A DNA stretch of 64,000 nt from positions 20,406 through 84,405 of IMG/VR virus record IMGVR_UViG_3300029544_000210; one strand, given 5' to 3'. How positions within the stretch are numbered: the first letter of the stretch is position 1; every line of letters begins with the position of its first letter. Source of the DNA: a virus. Taxonomy: Duplodnaviria > Heunggongvirae > Uroviricota > Caudoviricetes. Below are positions 11,720 to 22,068 of the stretch, in pieces. The notes beneath the pieces were generated by a model. That model ran no database searches. It saw only the letters and a program-made list of their open reading frames with translations, and was not told where the DNA came from. The translations under genes and the position numbers were made by a program.

Positions 11720-12424
11720 TTAATCTTCTAATTTATTACCTTTAGCTTCATTACAAAGCTTACACATTGTTTGATAGTTACTAATATCATCAATACCACC
11801 TTTTGAACGTGGTAAAATATGATCTTTTGTCATTAAAATTTCATCACCATTATCATCAACTGCATACAGATTTAGATGATATGTTTTATCCTGCAAATGT
11901 CTTTCTTTTGCAAAATATTTGCCTTCAATTCCACAAAATACACACTTACAACCTTTTGTGAAAAATGTCTGGTATCTTTGGCTATTACCTTTTATTAAAT
12001 CTCCATCGAAATCAACCTTTGCATTTCTCTTATCTTTTTCAAATAAAACATTTTTCACTTTATTTCTAACTTCATCAATAGAATATACTTCCTTGCGAAT
12101 TAAGTCCTCATGCTTTGATTTTGATTTTTTTAGTTTTGGTTCACAAAACTGCTTATTCAATAAAGTATTGTAGACATCTTCGATGTTTAAAACATCAATC
12201 AAATCTTTTACCGTTCTGATGTTGTTAGGAATATAATCAGAAAGTAAATGTCTATTCCAAACAATCTTAAAAATTTCTGTATCCAAATTTGGTGATAATG
12301 GATTATTATTCTTGGGAAAACTCGTATTTAACAAATCTTCAATAGTTTCATATTTGTCTAATAACTCCTTATCATTAAAACGATAATGAAATTTAAGACC
12401 TTTAAAAAATTTCTTTTTGCTCAT
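11720..12424 (-). CDS. HNH endonuclease
   Basis: C-terminal CVFCG...DHILPRSKGG...NYQTMCKLCNEAKGN, an HNH/zinc-finger signature. Confidence 0.7.
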   Translation of the reverse strand: MSKKKFFKGLKFHYRFNDKELLDKYETIEDLLNTSFPKNNNPLSPNLDTEIFKIVWNRHLLSDYIPNNIRTVKDLIDVLNIEDVYNTLLNKQFCEPKLKKSKSKHEDLIRKEVYSIDEVRNKVKNVLFEKDKRNAKVDFDGDLIKGNSQRYQTFFTKGCKCVFCGIEGKYFAKERHLQDKTYHLNLYAVDDNGDEILMTKDHILPRSKGGIDDISNYQTMCKLCNEAKGNKLED

Positions 12425-13250
12425 AGTGACATCTCCTTTAAAATTTTATTGTCACTTATATATTCTCTCTTTTATTTGGAAATCGTGAGCAGAAATGCTC
12501 TAAGATAAAATCATTTGAAATGCTTCTTTCTTATTTCTCATATAAAGCTTTCTGAAATTGTTTTCTAAATTTCTTACAAGCTGATTCATTTTGACTATCT
12601 GTTAATACTCCATGTATATAACAATACTGAATTGAATATAATAACTTTTGTAATCTCTCAGCGTCTTTACTGAGAGTACACCCTTGTTTATTCACATACT
12701 TTTCCAAATTATCAAATAACGGATCAAAATTACTCATATCTACAACTTTACCCATATTCTTATTCCCCCATCTGATCTACAATACTTTGTAACTTGTCAA
12801 TATACATCTGTGCATATTTTTTATGTGATAACTGTTTAATATTAGCAGGTACAAAAGCTAACTTTGCTTCACCAAAAACATCATTATTTGAATAAACTTT
12901 CATAAACTGGCACATAGTTTCAGCATCAACCCGATCTAAATCTAGCTGAAAACAAATTACATCGCCCTTCTGTGGATGCAGTTTTCTAACCTTAATAAGT
13001 GTCTGTTTAAATAACTTCTTTTTCTGTCTCTTGTTCAATTTCTCACCTACTTTCACAACCGAATGAATCGTGGTTTTCCTACTTTATTCTTGCAGCACAG
13101 GGTTTGCATATATATACCTTTATTTTTTAAATCGTGTTTTAGATATAATATTTTTAATTTTACAGATATTACACTCTACCAAAACACATGATACTCTTTG
13201 TTTAAAATTATTTTTATAATATATTTTTCCTAAATCTTCAATTATATTAA

Positions 13251-13778
13251 TCATTCCATATATAACTCCTCAAATACAATTTGTTTAGGTAATAATTTAT
13301 AGCACCAATAAGCACTCATAAAAGTGATTTTATTTTGAATAACACCATTATTTAAAAATTTCATTCTCTTGTTAAAAGATAATATTTGTAATTCTTTATC
13401 TTTAAACAAATGATATGGAGCTGCATCATTCCACCAAGTATTGGGTGCAATAAGCGCAAATGGTTTGCCAAAACTTAATGCTCTTTCAAAGATTTTTCTT
13501 TTATTAGTAAATGGTGGATTAGACACAATACAATCCCAGTTCTCATCAGGTTCATATGTATAGAAGTCTTGTCCATTATCTATATGAGTAGCGATTACTT
13601 TGTGACCTGCTTCTCTAATTTGTTTAACAAATTCACTATTTTCCATGTCAAATGGACACCAAACCGTTGCTTCTTTTGGTATATATTTTACTATCGGTTT
13701 AACACCGTAATTTGGTGTCATACATTCGTCATTGTTTCCTTTGCTATATAATACTTCTTGACTATTAATCTTTGTCAT
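13251..13778 (-). CDS. phage-type DNA N6-adenine methyltransferase (small Dam-like, NPPF)
   Basis: ECMTP near the N-terminus and IVSNPPF. 175 aa. Confidence 0.55.
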   Translation of the reverse strand: MTKINSQEVLYSKGNNDECMTPNYGVKPIVKYIPKEATVWCPFDMENSEFVKQIREAGHKVIATHIDNGQDFYTYEPDENWDCIVSNPPFTNKRKIFERALSFGKPFALIAPNTWWNDAAPYHLFKDKELQILSFNKRMKFLNNGVIQNKITFMSAYWCYKLLPKQIVFEELYME

Positions 13779-13926
13779 TTTTCAAAAAGGTACAACGTTG
13801 TTTTATTCTTGCAAGAAACCTATACCTTTCTTAATATTTTTTGTAATTACATTTATATATTCTTTTAATTCTTGTTGTCTCCAACCTCTGAAGCCTTGAT
13901 TTTAGGGAATTTCAGAGATTGAGATT

Positions 13927-14757
13927 TTAATAATTTGTGATTAATACCTCACAATCGGCACTCTTGTCCTTTTTCTGATAATTGCAGTTGCTATAATCAT
14001 GCTTTAAATAATGAACTATGTATTTATCTTTCCATTTATCAAGTAATGGATTGTCATATTTGAGATTATTACTTAATGCAAACTTAACACCTTTATCATT
14101 CAACATATCAAGAGTCTCTAGTAATTTATTCTCCATTTCTTCTGTCCAGCCACCGTTTTCATTGTATGTAGCAACAGAATTGAAATATGGTGGATCTGCA
14201 TAAACAAAATCGCCTTCCGTAAAATCGGAAAAATCAAATCTCTCAAATGGAATATTTAAGAAACTACAGTCTATTTCATTTAGCCGCTTATGAAAATCTA
14301 TAAATTTTTGTCTAAGAGTGGGATTAAAACTTGACCTATCTTTACCAAAAGGCATATTGTATTCACCTTTGGAATTGAATCTGATTTGATTATTGAACGC
14401 ATAACATAAAAGCGTATAGAATTTAATTGGGTCTTTAATACCTGTGTTATATTCTTCTCTAAACAGTAAATATCCTTCTTTGTTTTCTTTAGTTAATCCA
14501 TACTTATTAATATATGAATCAATCTTATGTAATACTTCTTCAATATTTGAACCTTGTAAATATCTTAGAAAACCAACTACCTGTTCACATATATCATTGT
14601 AGATAATGTGATCAGCCTTTACATTAATACCAACATTAAAACCTCCACCAAATAAATCCACGAAAGTATTTATCTTATCTGGAAACATCGGTATAATGAT
14701 TGGTAGTAACTTATACTTGCCACCTACATAATTAAGTGGACTCTTTATATTACTCAA
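13927..14757 (-). CDS. Dam-family (D12 class) DNA N6-adenine methyltransferase
   Basis: NYVGGK, DLFGGGFNV (motif I), YADPPY (motif IV). Confidence 0.8.
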   Translation of the reverse strand: MSNIKSPLNYVGGKYKLLPIIIPMFPDKINTFVDLFGGGFNVGINVKADHIIYNDICEQVVGFLRYLQGSNIEEVLHKIDSYINKYGLTKENKEGYLLFREEYNTGIKDPIKFYTLLCYAFNNQIRFNSKGEYNMPFGKDRSSFNPTLRQKFIDFHKRLNEIDCSFLNIPFERFDFSDFTEGDFVYADPPYFNSVATYNENGGWTEEMENKLLETLDMLNDKGVKFALSNNLKYDNPLLDKWKDKYIVHYLKHDYSNCNYQKKDKSADCEVLITNY

Positions 14758-14930
14758 TTTTTGTTCACCAATAGTAGCTGCGCAGCTTTACTCACATGTG
14801 AACATTTTCCTTTCTTTAATTGTACTTATATTGTTATATTCTCTTGTTTTGTCCTGAATATTGTATAATTTTCGTGACAAGCCAAGAAACCAAAATTTCT
14901 TCTTGTTTTATTCTTTACCTACTTGTTATT

Positions 14931-15437
14931 TTAATATGGATTGACTTTAATGATTTCTTTTCCAACCTTTTCAGCATACTTAACACAATTTGCAGTACCA
15001 CCTTTTGTGCCATCCCAAACCGCAATAACTTTATCTGCCAAATCAACCATATATTCATTTCTTTTCTGCATTAGCCAAGGCTTATATTCTTCATCAGATA
15101 CCAACTTCACTGTATCTGCTTTTGAAAGAATATCGTTATATTGGTCAATACTTTCCTTAATCCATTTACAAGAATGATTCTTACGAGGAATTGCACAATG
15201 TAATTTAATGTCATAACCTTCGTCTTTGAGTTCTAATACTGCCAATGCAAATACTGTATCAACTCCAAGAGCCATTCCTGTAATCGCTTCTGTACAATTA
15301 TTCTCTTTTAGAATTGATTTAAACTGTTTTTTTAAGTTCTGCCAACGTAGATCAGATAAGTTGTAACCATATAATTTACTTGGTCTGTGACCTGTTACAC
15401 ATATTTTCATATTTTGTCCTTTCACGGTTGGATTCAC
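14931..15437 (-). CDS. SLOG / YpsA-like (DUF1273-like) Rossmann-fold protein
   Basis: ICVTGHRP and ITGMALGVD motifs, plus Gly-rich GTKGG near the C-terminus. The SLOG superfamily is predicted to bind nucleotide-derived ligands. Confidence 0.45.
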   Translation of the reverse strand: MNPTVKGQNMKICVTGHRPSKLYGYNLSDLRWQNLKKQFKSILKENNCTEAITGMALGVDTVFALAVLELKDEGYDIKLHCAIPRKNHSCKWIKESIDQYNDILSKADTVKLVSDEEYKPWLMQKRNEYMVDLADKVIAVWDGTKGGTANCVKYAEKVGKEIIKVNPY

Positions 15438-15759
15438 TTCTCAACCTCAATACTTTTTAAGCTGCCAAGAATGTTCATTGATTGTAGATACAACTTTTTT
15501 GTTACAATTTTAATGGCTTTTTCTAGCACTTCATCGTATGTTATGTATCTCAAATCAATTTTGGTTCTATCATTATCTCTATATATCTTAGGAAGAAAGT
15601 ATAGATAAGCATAATCAACACCTACAAGCTGTGTAGTTAATTGAGCTACCAATTCTTCTCCAATATAGAAATCATATTCACCATATACCCATCTATTTTT
15701 TACTCTGTGCTTTCTTACTTCCATAATCCTTCCTTCCTAATGAAATATCGCATTCATTT

Positions 15760-16092
15760 TTATTTTAGTCTGTTCTTATATCGCTCAATACCATATCTTT
15801 CAAGCGAACTACTTGTCATAGTAGCCATTTCCACGTTTGTATTTAACAGAATTGACAACACAAGTGGAAGCTCATCGATCAGAATATTTTTATCTCTTTT
15901 CATTGCATCAATATCAGCAAATTCATATGCAGAATAAATCTTAACCTCTTTATCAGTAATTCTTTCTGCTAAATCACAAAGATACTGTTTCATACTCTCC
16001 GTTCCTACGATAATTGGATATCCCGTCTCTACTGCTTTCATAATAAGTCTTGTTGATTTACCGTATCCTCTTGGTACATTTAAAATTTCCAT
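15760..16092 (-). CDS. small P-loop NTPase (110 aa)
   Basis: Walker A GYGKST, Walker B-like ILIDELP. Confidence 0.4.
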   Translation of the reverse strand: MEILNVPRGYGKSTRLIMKAVETGYPIIVGTESMKQYLCDLAERITDKEVKIYSAYEFADIDAMKRDKNILIDELPLVLSILLNTNVEMATMTSSSLERYGIERYKNRLK

Positions 16093-16113
16093 GTGTATAT
16101 TCTCCTATCGTTT

Positions 16114-16857
16114 TTAGAAATTTGGATAGAATGAAGGCATAAGCTGAAGCTTGAATAAATTCTTCTCATGCATTGAATCAATCTTCGCTTTTACATCCTC
16201 ATCATTAATCTCTCCTGTTCTGATATACCTATCAAGAGTGTCATAAGTGAATCCAAGGTTGTCCTCGTCAGTCTTTCCACAAAGACCGTCAGTAGGTGTC
16301 TTATCTACTAACTCAGATGGAAGTCCTAATTCACGACCAATCGCCTTAACTTCCGAAACTGTGAGCTGCGATAGTGGACTGAAATCACCTGCTGCGTCTC
16401 CATATCTGGTAGCATATCCTACCCAATCCTCTGAAAGATTACATGTATTTGCAACACGACCATTGATTGTCTGAGATACTGCATAAAGTGTAGCCATTCT
16501 GATACGAGCAGGAAGGTTTGTTGTTGTTTGTATAGATAAATTTTCGTCTAATGATGTTTTAATTTCATATTCAGCAACATTAACAATTGTTCCAATTGGA
16601 ATGATCGTTCGAGGAATATCTAAAAAGTTGCATAGCATATGACTATATTCGATATCAGATTGTCTTCCCTGCGGCATAAGTACACCAAACACTCTATCTT
16701 TCCCAAGAGCTTCTACACACAGAGCAGCTACAACGCTTGAGTCCTTACCTCCTGAAATTCCAACTACTGCATTACAATCCTTACCATTCTTATCAAACCA
16801 ATCTCTGATCCACTGTACTACTTCGTTCTTTACTGTCTTTACATCAAAATTACTCAT
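16114..16857 (-). CDS. nadE: NH3-dependent NAD+ synthetase
   Basis: PP-loop SGGKDS. TRYGDAAGDFSP and TPTDGL...DEDNLGFTYDTLD line up with the E. coli NadE motifs TKYGDGGTDINP and APTADLEDD...LGVTYDNIDD. Confidence 0.85.
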   Translation of the reverse strand: MSNFDVKTVKNEVVQWIRDWFDKNGKDCNAVVGISGGKDSSVVAALCVEALGKDRVFGVLMPQGRQSDIEYSHMLCNFLDIPRTIIPIGTIVNVAEYEIKTSLDENLSIQTTTNLPARIRMATLYAVSQTINGRVANTCNLSEDWVGYATRYGDAAGDFSPLSQLTVSEVKAIGRELGLPSELVDKTPTDGLCGKTDEDNLGFTYDTLDRYIRTGEINDEDVKAKIDSMHEKNLFKLQLMPSFYPNF

Positions 16858-17296
16858 GTTTTATCTCTCCTTTTTCAATCTTCTCAATCAATGTAAGTAA
16901 TTCATTGTATACCTGAATTAAACCGCCTCTGTCATCAATATAAACATTTGCATATATTTTTCTACCTGCAAAAGCTACAGATGCGTCACAATTGATACCT
17001 CTATACTTGATATTGTTGTCCTTTAGATACTGCTCAATCATTCCGTATTTATCTTCACCATTCCCAGTAAAAATAATTATCTCTGAATAATTCTCCCATC
17101 TTTGTAAAAGATTAATGACATTCTCATATGTCCTACCCTTCTTATGGAAATCATAAATCGTATCATCGAAATCTACACAAAAGATAAGCCTGCCATATTT
17201 CTTAAATTCTTCCTCTAATCTATTGTAGGAATTATTGGCTTGAAGATAAAAATCCATATTACTTTCCTCCATACATTCTGTTCCTAATGTCCTCAA
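16850..17296 (-). CDS. HAD-superfamily phosphatase-like protein
   Basis: DxDxT motif CVDFDDTIYDF near the N-terminus. Confidence 0.5.
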   Translation of the reverse strand: MRTLGTECMEESNMDFYLQANNSYNRLEEEFKKYGRLIFCVDFDDTIYDFHKKGRTYENVINLLQRWENYSEIIIFTGNGEDKYGMIEQYLKDNNIKYRGINCDASVAFAGRKIYANVYIDDRGGLIQVYNELLTLIEKIEKGEIKHE

Positions 17297-18761
17297 ATGT
17301 ATCCTCTCTTACTAATTCTCCATTCTTGAATACAGTTGTAAGCAAACTATCTTCATTCATATCGAGTAACTGATCCTGACACTTCAGTTCTCCATCTTCT
17401 TCATATACTTTGCAACACCCCTTATGAGATTTCTTTAAATGGCTTGTATCAGTCTTCGGATCTTTGAAGATCATAAGCCTCTTACCATCAATAACTCCAT
17501 AAGTAGCCTTCATTGCAATTCCAAAAGTATCTCTTGTAACAACAATCATCTTTCCATTCTCGACAATAGCTGTAAAACAAAATGCACCTACACCATAAGC
17601 AATGTTATTAGCTGCAAATCCACGCCTTTCTAACTCTCTCCAAATAGTCTCTACATTAGAAAGAGTACATCCGTCACCATAGATAATACCAATATGAGGA
17701 TCTAACACCTTATAACCCTTACCGTTGATAGAACCACCAAAGATATCCCATAATCTTTCTACTGTCTTAACTGAAATCTCTACAATATCACCACTGTCAG
17801 GACGAACAAGCAACTTGCCATTGTGATTCATAATCTCTTCCTTACACTGTGGAAGAATATTGTTTACCATATTCCAATAATCATAGGTATCTGAAACCAT
17901 ACTAAATGAAGTATTTGGATATAATTCTGTAAGTAATCTCTTAACGAATGTAATCTCATCACCATCAATTGAGTAATTTGCTCCCATTACGGAATGCTCT
18001 GTTGATACTGCACCAATTCCAATACCACTATTCTTACAATCAGCATTGTAATATTTATCAATATATGTAATGGCAGGAATAGTTGAAGTCTTATTGAAAG
18101 ATAATAACCATGAAGCAGAACATCTTGTAGCTTCGTCCATACAAGACATACCTCTCATACCAAAATCGGCACAAGCCATATTGCCAGGTAAACCGTCTGT
18201 TGTTTTGTTATACCAATAATCTGCAATCTCACGATACATATGACCAATAGTTGCGTGACAGCAAGGCTTCCATAATTCAACCTGAAGGATACACTCAATC
18301 CACTGAACAAGCCATGCAAATTTGTCATCTGTATTGGTAATTTCAATACAAGGAACTCCCATTGGTACAAGTGTTCCCTCTGGTAAAGCTCTAATTTTAA
18401 GTGGCAGATAACCAAGTCTGTGAAGTTCTACAATCTTCTCTAAGTCGTAATTATCTCTGCCAATCTGCACATCCATTGAATCTGTATAAAGAGATAACAT
18501 CTCATTCTCTGATAATTCAAAGAAATTCTTCTGGAAATATCCCATTAGATATTCCTTAATAAAAGCCTGTAATCCGAAGAAAACCATATGATTCTGATTT
18601 TCCAACATTGATTTACGAGGCACCCAATATGAGACTAACTTAGTTAATCCCTTTGGGTACATACGATCATGACACTGCTTATAAGTATCACTAAGTAATA
18701 AAGCCATTGTGTTATCCATAATTTTAAACCTCCATAACTGTAATCTTTTCATGACTACCAT
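17259..18761 (-). CDS. nicotinamide phosphoribosyltransferase family (NAMPT; Namat-like in the NARP1 context)
   Basis: 500 aa. Matches the human NAMPT layout throughout: DTYK, ALPEGTLVP, DFGMRG, VRPDSGD, IIYGDG, and C-terminal LLTTVFKNGELVREDTFEDIRNRM. Confidence 0.85.
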   Translation of the reverse strand: MVVMKRLQLWRFKIMDNTMALLLSDTYKQCHDRMYPKGLTKLVSYWVPRKSMLENQNHMVFFGLQAFIKEYLMGYFQKNFFELSENEMLSLYTDSMDVQIGRDNYDLEKIVELHRLGYLPLKIRALPEGTLVPMGVPCIEITNTDDKFAWLVQWIECILQVELWKPCCHATIGHMYREIADYWYNKTTDGLPGNMACADFGMRGMSCMDEATRCSASWLLSFNKTSTIPAITYIDKYYNADCKNSGIGIGAVSTEHSVMGANYSIDGDEITFVKRLLTELYPNTSFSMVSDTYDYWNMVNNILPQCKEEIMNHNGKLLVRPDSGDIVEISVKTVERLWDIFGGSINGKGYKVLDPHIGIIYGDGCTLSNVETIWRELERRGFAANNIAYGVGAFCFTAIVENGKMIVVTRDTFGIAMKATYGVIDGKRLMIFKDPKTDTSHLKKSHKGCCKVYEEDGELKCQDQLLDMNEDSLLTTVFKNGELVREDTFEDIRNRMYGGK

Positions 18762-19560
18762 TAAACAAACTGTTTGTAGTAAATAATCTGTTCACTGTAT
18801 TATTCTCCAAAGACTTGATCAACGTTCCTTTTTCTTTATCAAGAATTGAATTCTCTGTATGTGTTGCATACGCATAAATCTCAGTTACACCATGTTTCTT
18901 TAATTCTTCTGCGCTATAATAAAGTGAACCGCCATATGCGATAATATCATCAATCATTAACACAGCTTTGTCCTTCAAATCAATACCATTTGTTATAATG
19001 TCTAATCCAAGGATTTTGCCAGTCTTCCAATCTCTTTTCTTTTCACCATAACAATATGGTAACTCAGGGAATAAATCTGAATATCTCTTAGCTGCACCTG
19101 CGTCTGGGAAATAAAGTACAAGATTTCTCATGCCAATCTTTGAAATAGCTTTATCAACATACTCTTTTGGATTTTCTTTTACACAATTATTGAGTAATGC
19201 AGTAGAAACATCGCTATGAGCATCTAAAACATAAACTGATGAAAATCCTAACCAATTGATAAAATCGCAAAAATACTTCAATGTGAATACTTCATCATCA
19301 TTTTTTACTCTATCCATTCGTGCATTAGGAATATATGGAAGATATAAATAATAATCCACATTAGTAAAAAATCTTTCAAGATGTTTCCTTACTAACATCA
19401 GATAAAACATCTCATCGTTACTCTCATAAATCCATTCAATCCAAATGCAAGGAGAGCCATCATAAGTGTCTTCCTCAATGTTGTTTGTATCAATATTTAC
19501 TCTTGGTGTTCCATCTGGGAACTTGTTGATTGCTACAATTTCACCATTAATTTTAATCAT
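18724..19560 (-). CDS. ribose-phosphate pyrophosphokinase homolog (Prs-like; candidate ADPR-PP synthetase Adps)
   Basis: PRPP-binding loop VLMIDDIIAYGGSL. Shorter than cellular Prs (278 aa). Overlaps the NAMPT-like gene by 38 nt. Confidence 0.7.
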   Translation of the reverse strand: MIKINGEIVAINKFPDGTPRVNIDTNNIEEDTYDGSPCIWIEWIYESNDEMFYLMLVRKHLERFFTNVDYYLYLPYIPNARMDRVKNDDEVFTLKYFCDFINWLGFSSVYVLDAHSDVSTALLNNCVKENPKEYVDKAISKIGMRNLVLYFPDAGAAKRYSDLFPELPYCYGEKKRDWKTGKILGLDIITNGIDLKDKAVLMIDDIIAYGGSLYYSAEELKKHGVTEIYAYATHTENSILDKEKGTLIKSLENNTVNRLFTTNSLFNGSHEKITVMEV

Positions 19561-19563
19561 ATT

Positions 19564-20076
19564 CTACTCTCCAATCACGTTAATCTGACACATCTTCATT
19601 GTCTCTAATGCAGCCTTATGCGTCTCAGGTGTAACACCTGCACAGCAACTTGCATCCACTGTAATATCAATATTAGGATAATTTGCTCTAATCATAAGTG
19701 CATTTGACACTACACAAATGTCTGTACAAAGACCACAAACTTCTACTTCTGTAAAATCAAAATCATCCCAATGTGTCCATCCGAAAGTCGGCTTATCAAT
19801 AACTACGTCATTCTCAATATCAAAATCTAACTTATCTGAAATCTGCCATCCGATTGTATTTTTTACACAATGGACAACTGGGAGATGCTTTCCTTCATAT
19901 GTTTCTAAATAATTATTTGGGTGTGTATCTCTTGTAAAAATTACACTATCACCATTTTCTCTGTACTCCTTGATTTTCTTTGCCACATTAAGTACAATAC
20001 TCTGTGCTTCATTTGTGCCAAGTGAGCCATCAATAAAGTCATTCTGCATATCAATTACAATTAGTGTTTTACTCAT
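19564..20076 (-). CDS. isochorismatase-family hydrolase, PncA-like nicotinamidase
   Basis: VIDMQNDF (catalytic Asp) and CGLCTDICV (catalytic Cys). Confidence 0.7.
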   Translation of the reverse strand: MSKTLIVIDMQNDFIDGSLGTNEAQSIVLNVAKKIKEYRENGDSVIFTRDTHPNNYLETYEGKHLPVVHCVKNTIGWQISDKLDFDIENDVVIDKPTFGWTHWDDFDFTEVEVCGLCTDICVVSNALMIRANYPNIDITVDASCCAGVTPETHKAALETMKMCQINVIGE

Positions 20077-20480
20077 AATGTTTTTCCTTTCTATACTATA
20101 TCTTGTTATTATTATTTTATCTAACCAGTATATGTAGTGTTAAACTTACCATGAAATGTCGGTTTCAATTCTCGTCATCTTGAAATGCTTTTATTCTATT
20201 TTCAAGATAATCTATCTCATCTTTCCAATGCTCAACTAACATATCTTCAATCTGTTGTTTTGCATCTTCTATGCTATCAGCAATAATTGTGTCATATTCT
20301 ACATTTAATTCTTCTGAAACATAAATATAAACATTCTCATCCGTTTCATCTTGAACAAATCCAGCTACTACATTCTCATTTTCTTCTTCATAGAACTGAC
20401 TGAAATGTAGTTTATAACATTCTTTGCCAAATTCGTTTTTCTCTCCTACTTCCCAATATTTATTCATAAACACCTCACAA

Positions 20481-20705
20481 TTAATTATTCTCTTCATATT
20501 TCTGATCAAATAAGATCATTACAAAAGTAAAAGTGAATATACCTAAAACAATACCACCAACTAAGGCAATTGATTGTGGCAGGAATAAAGATAGTAAAAG
20601 ACTAAATCCTAAAACTAATCCAATTGCCATAGCACATATAATTGCAACTACTAATAATACAGTACAAGTCATTTTAAACGCTTCCTTCAAGTTATCACCT
20701 CCCAA
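20481..20705 (-). CDS. small membrane protein (two TM helices)
   Basis: Hydrophobic stretches VLLVVAIICAMAIGLVLGF and IALVGGIVLGIFTFTFVMI. Confidence 0.45.
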   Translation of the reverse strand: MGGDNLKEAFKMTCTVLLVVAIICAMAIGLVLGFSLLLSLFLPQSIALVGGIVLGIFTFTFVMILFDQKYEENN

Positions 20706-21023
20706 TGAAAGACAGGGTTCTTGTCAAATTTTTATTATTCATATGCTGTCATTTCTATAAAATTCTCATTCAAATCAAATACAATAGCTGCTTGACAATA
20801 AGTACCACCAATAATTAATTCTTTTACATTAGGATTCCATGTTTTCTCTTCGTACTTGATTTTCCATTTATCTAACCAATTCTTCCATTGAATGTAATCT
20901 GATACACATTTTTGACTGCCAAGAATTTGCATCACATCAGACTTTCTTACAAAGCCCATTTCAGATGGTAGCTTGGACAATTCTTTTCGTAATACTGCTT
21001 TATCAATTAATTGTCCCATATGG

Positions 21024-21563
21024 TTATTCTCCTTCTCTACGAGTATATGGTTCACAAAACTCCAACATTTCTTCATTTATATGTCCTTCTTTAATAAGCT
21101 GTTCATACAAATCAATCCAACCTTGTGCAGATAGGTTATGATAATATCCAATACAGTTTCTCCAATGTTTACAATCAAATGTCGATGGATAAGTTTTAAT
21201 TTCAATGTATGTTCTACACTTTTCATATAGATTCTTAGAATAACAATTTGACGCACTTTTAACATAACTATTACATTCAATAAAAGCTTCTGTTGGATCA
21301 TACTTACTTCTCATGTCTGTTAATATTCTGTCATATAATTCTGTCTTAGCGATATATATGCAATGGATTAGAAAATAGATATCATCATCTTCATATGAAG
21401 AACTTGTATAGAATATTTGATTGTGATTGACTTGTTTGTGAGTATCTTGTGGTGTAAACGTTGCTAAAACCTTTTCGATTTCTTCTTTGTGTTCCAAATA
21501 ATTATCAATAGGATCTCTGATTAAATTACACTCAGCTCTATATCCTCGTTTATAATCTGACAT
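21024..21563 (-). CDS. hypothetical protein. Paralog of 5546..5911
   Basis: Shared N-terminal domain YKRGYRAECNLIRDPIDNYLEHKEEIE. Confidence 0.5.
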   Translation of the reverse strand: MSDYKRGYRAECNLIRDPIDNYLEHKEEIEKVLATFTPQDTHKQVNHNQIFYTSSSYEDDDIYFLIHCIYIAKTELYDRILTDMRSKYDPTEAFIECNSYVKSASNCYSKNLYEKCRTYIEIKTYPSTFDCKHWRNCIGYYHNLSAQGWIDLYEQLIKEGHINEEMLEFCEPYTRREGE

Positions 21564-22068
21564 ACTGTTATTCTCCTAATCAATTTCTTCAAATGCAACA
21601 CTATTAAATTCCACATCTGGAAACTCTTTTATATATACAATTGTGTGCCAAGAATGAACTACAATATCTTCCAATGTATATTCTTTATCAACTTCCAATA
21701 AGTGATGATTTTCACCGCCACCACCCCATACGTCATCATCGTTTCTAACACATTTAATTTTTCTTCGTTTTGTATTATAAATATCCATTTAATTTCCACT
21801 CCTCTTCCAAACACCTATATATTCCTGTGACTCCTGTTTGAATCTTTTTAACATATCAATTAATGCATCTACTTCTGTCAAATCATTAAAAACAATCTCA
21901 ACTGGATCTTTTTCTTTTAAATCCAATCTTTCTGCGTAAGGAAATGGTTTGATAAAACATTCAAATTTAATATCTCTGCCCTTATGTCTGAGTGTGATTT
22001 CATTAACATTTTCTTTGTCACCAATCTTCAATATTTTGCCTCCTTGTGAAATGCGAGTTTCATTTGAA

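Noticed and set aside
15760-16092. Calling the 110-aa P-loop protein an NMN adenylyltransferase or nicotinamide riboside kinase to complete an NAD salvage route
   Set aside because: NMNATs use an HxGH Rossmann motif, not a Walker A P-loop, and 110 aa is too short for an Nrk-like kinase. No basis for a specific call.
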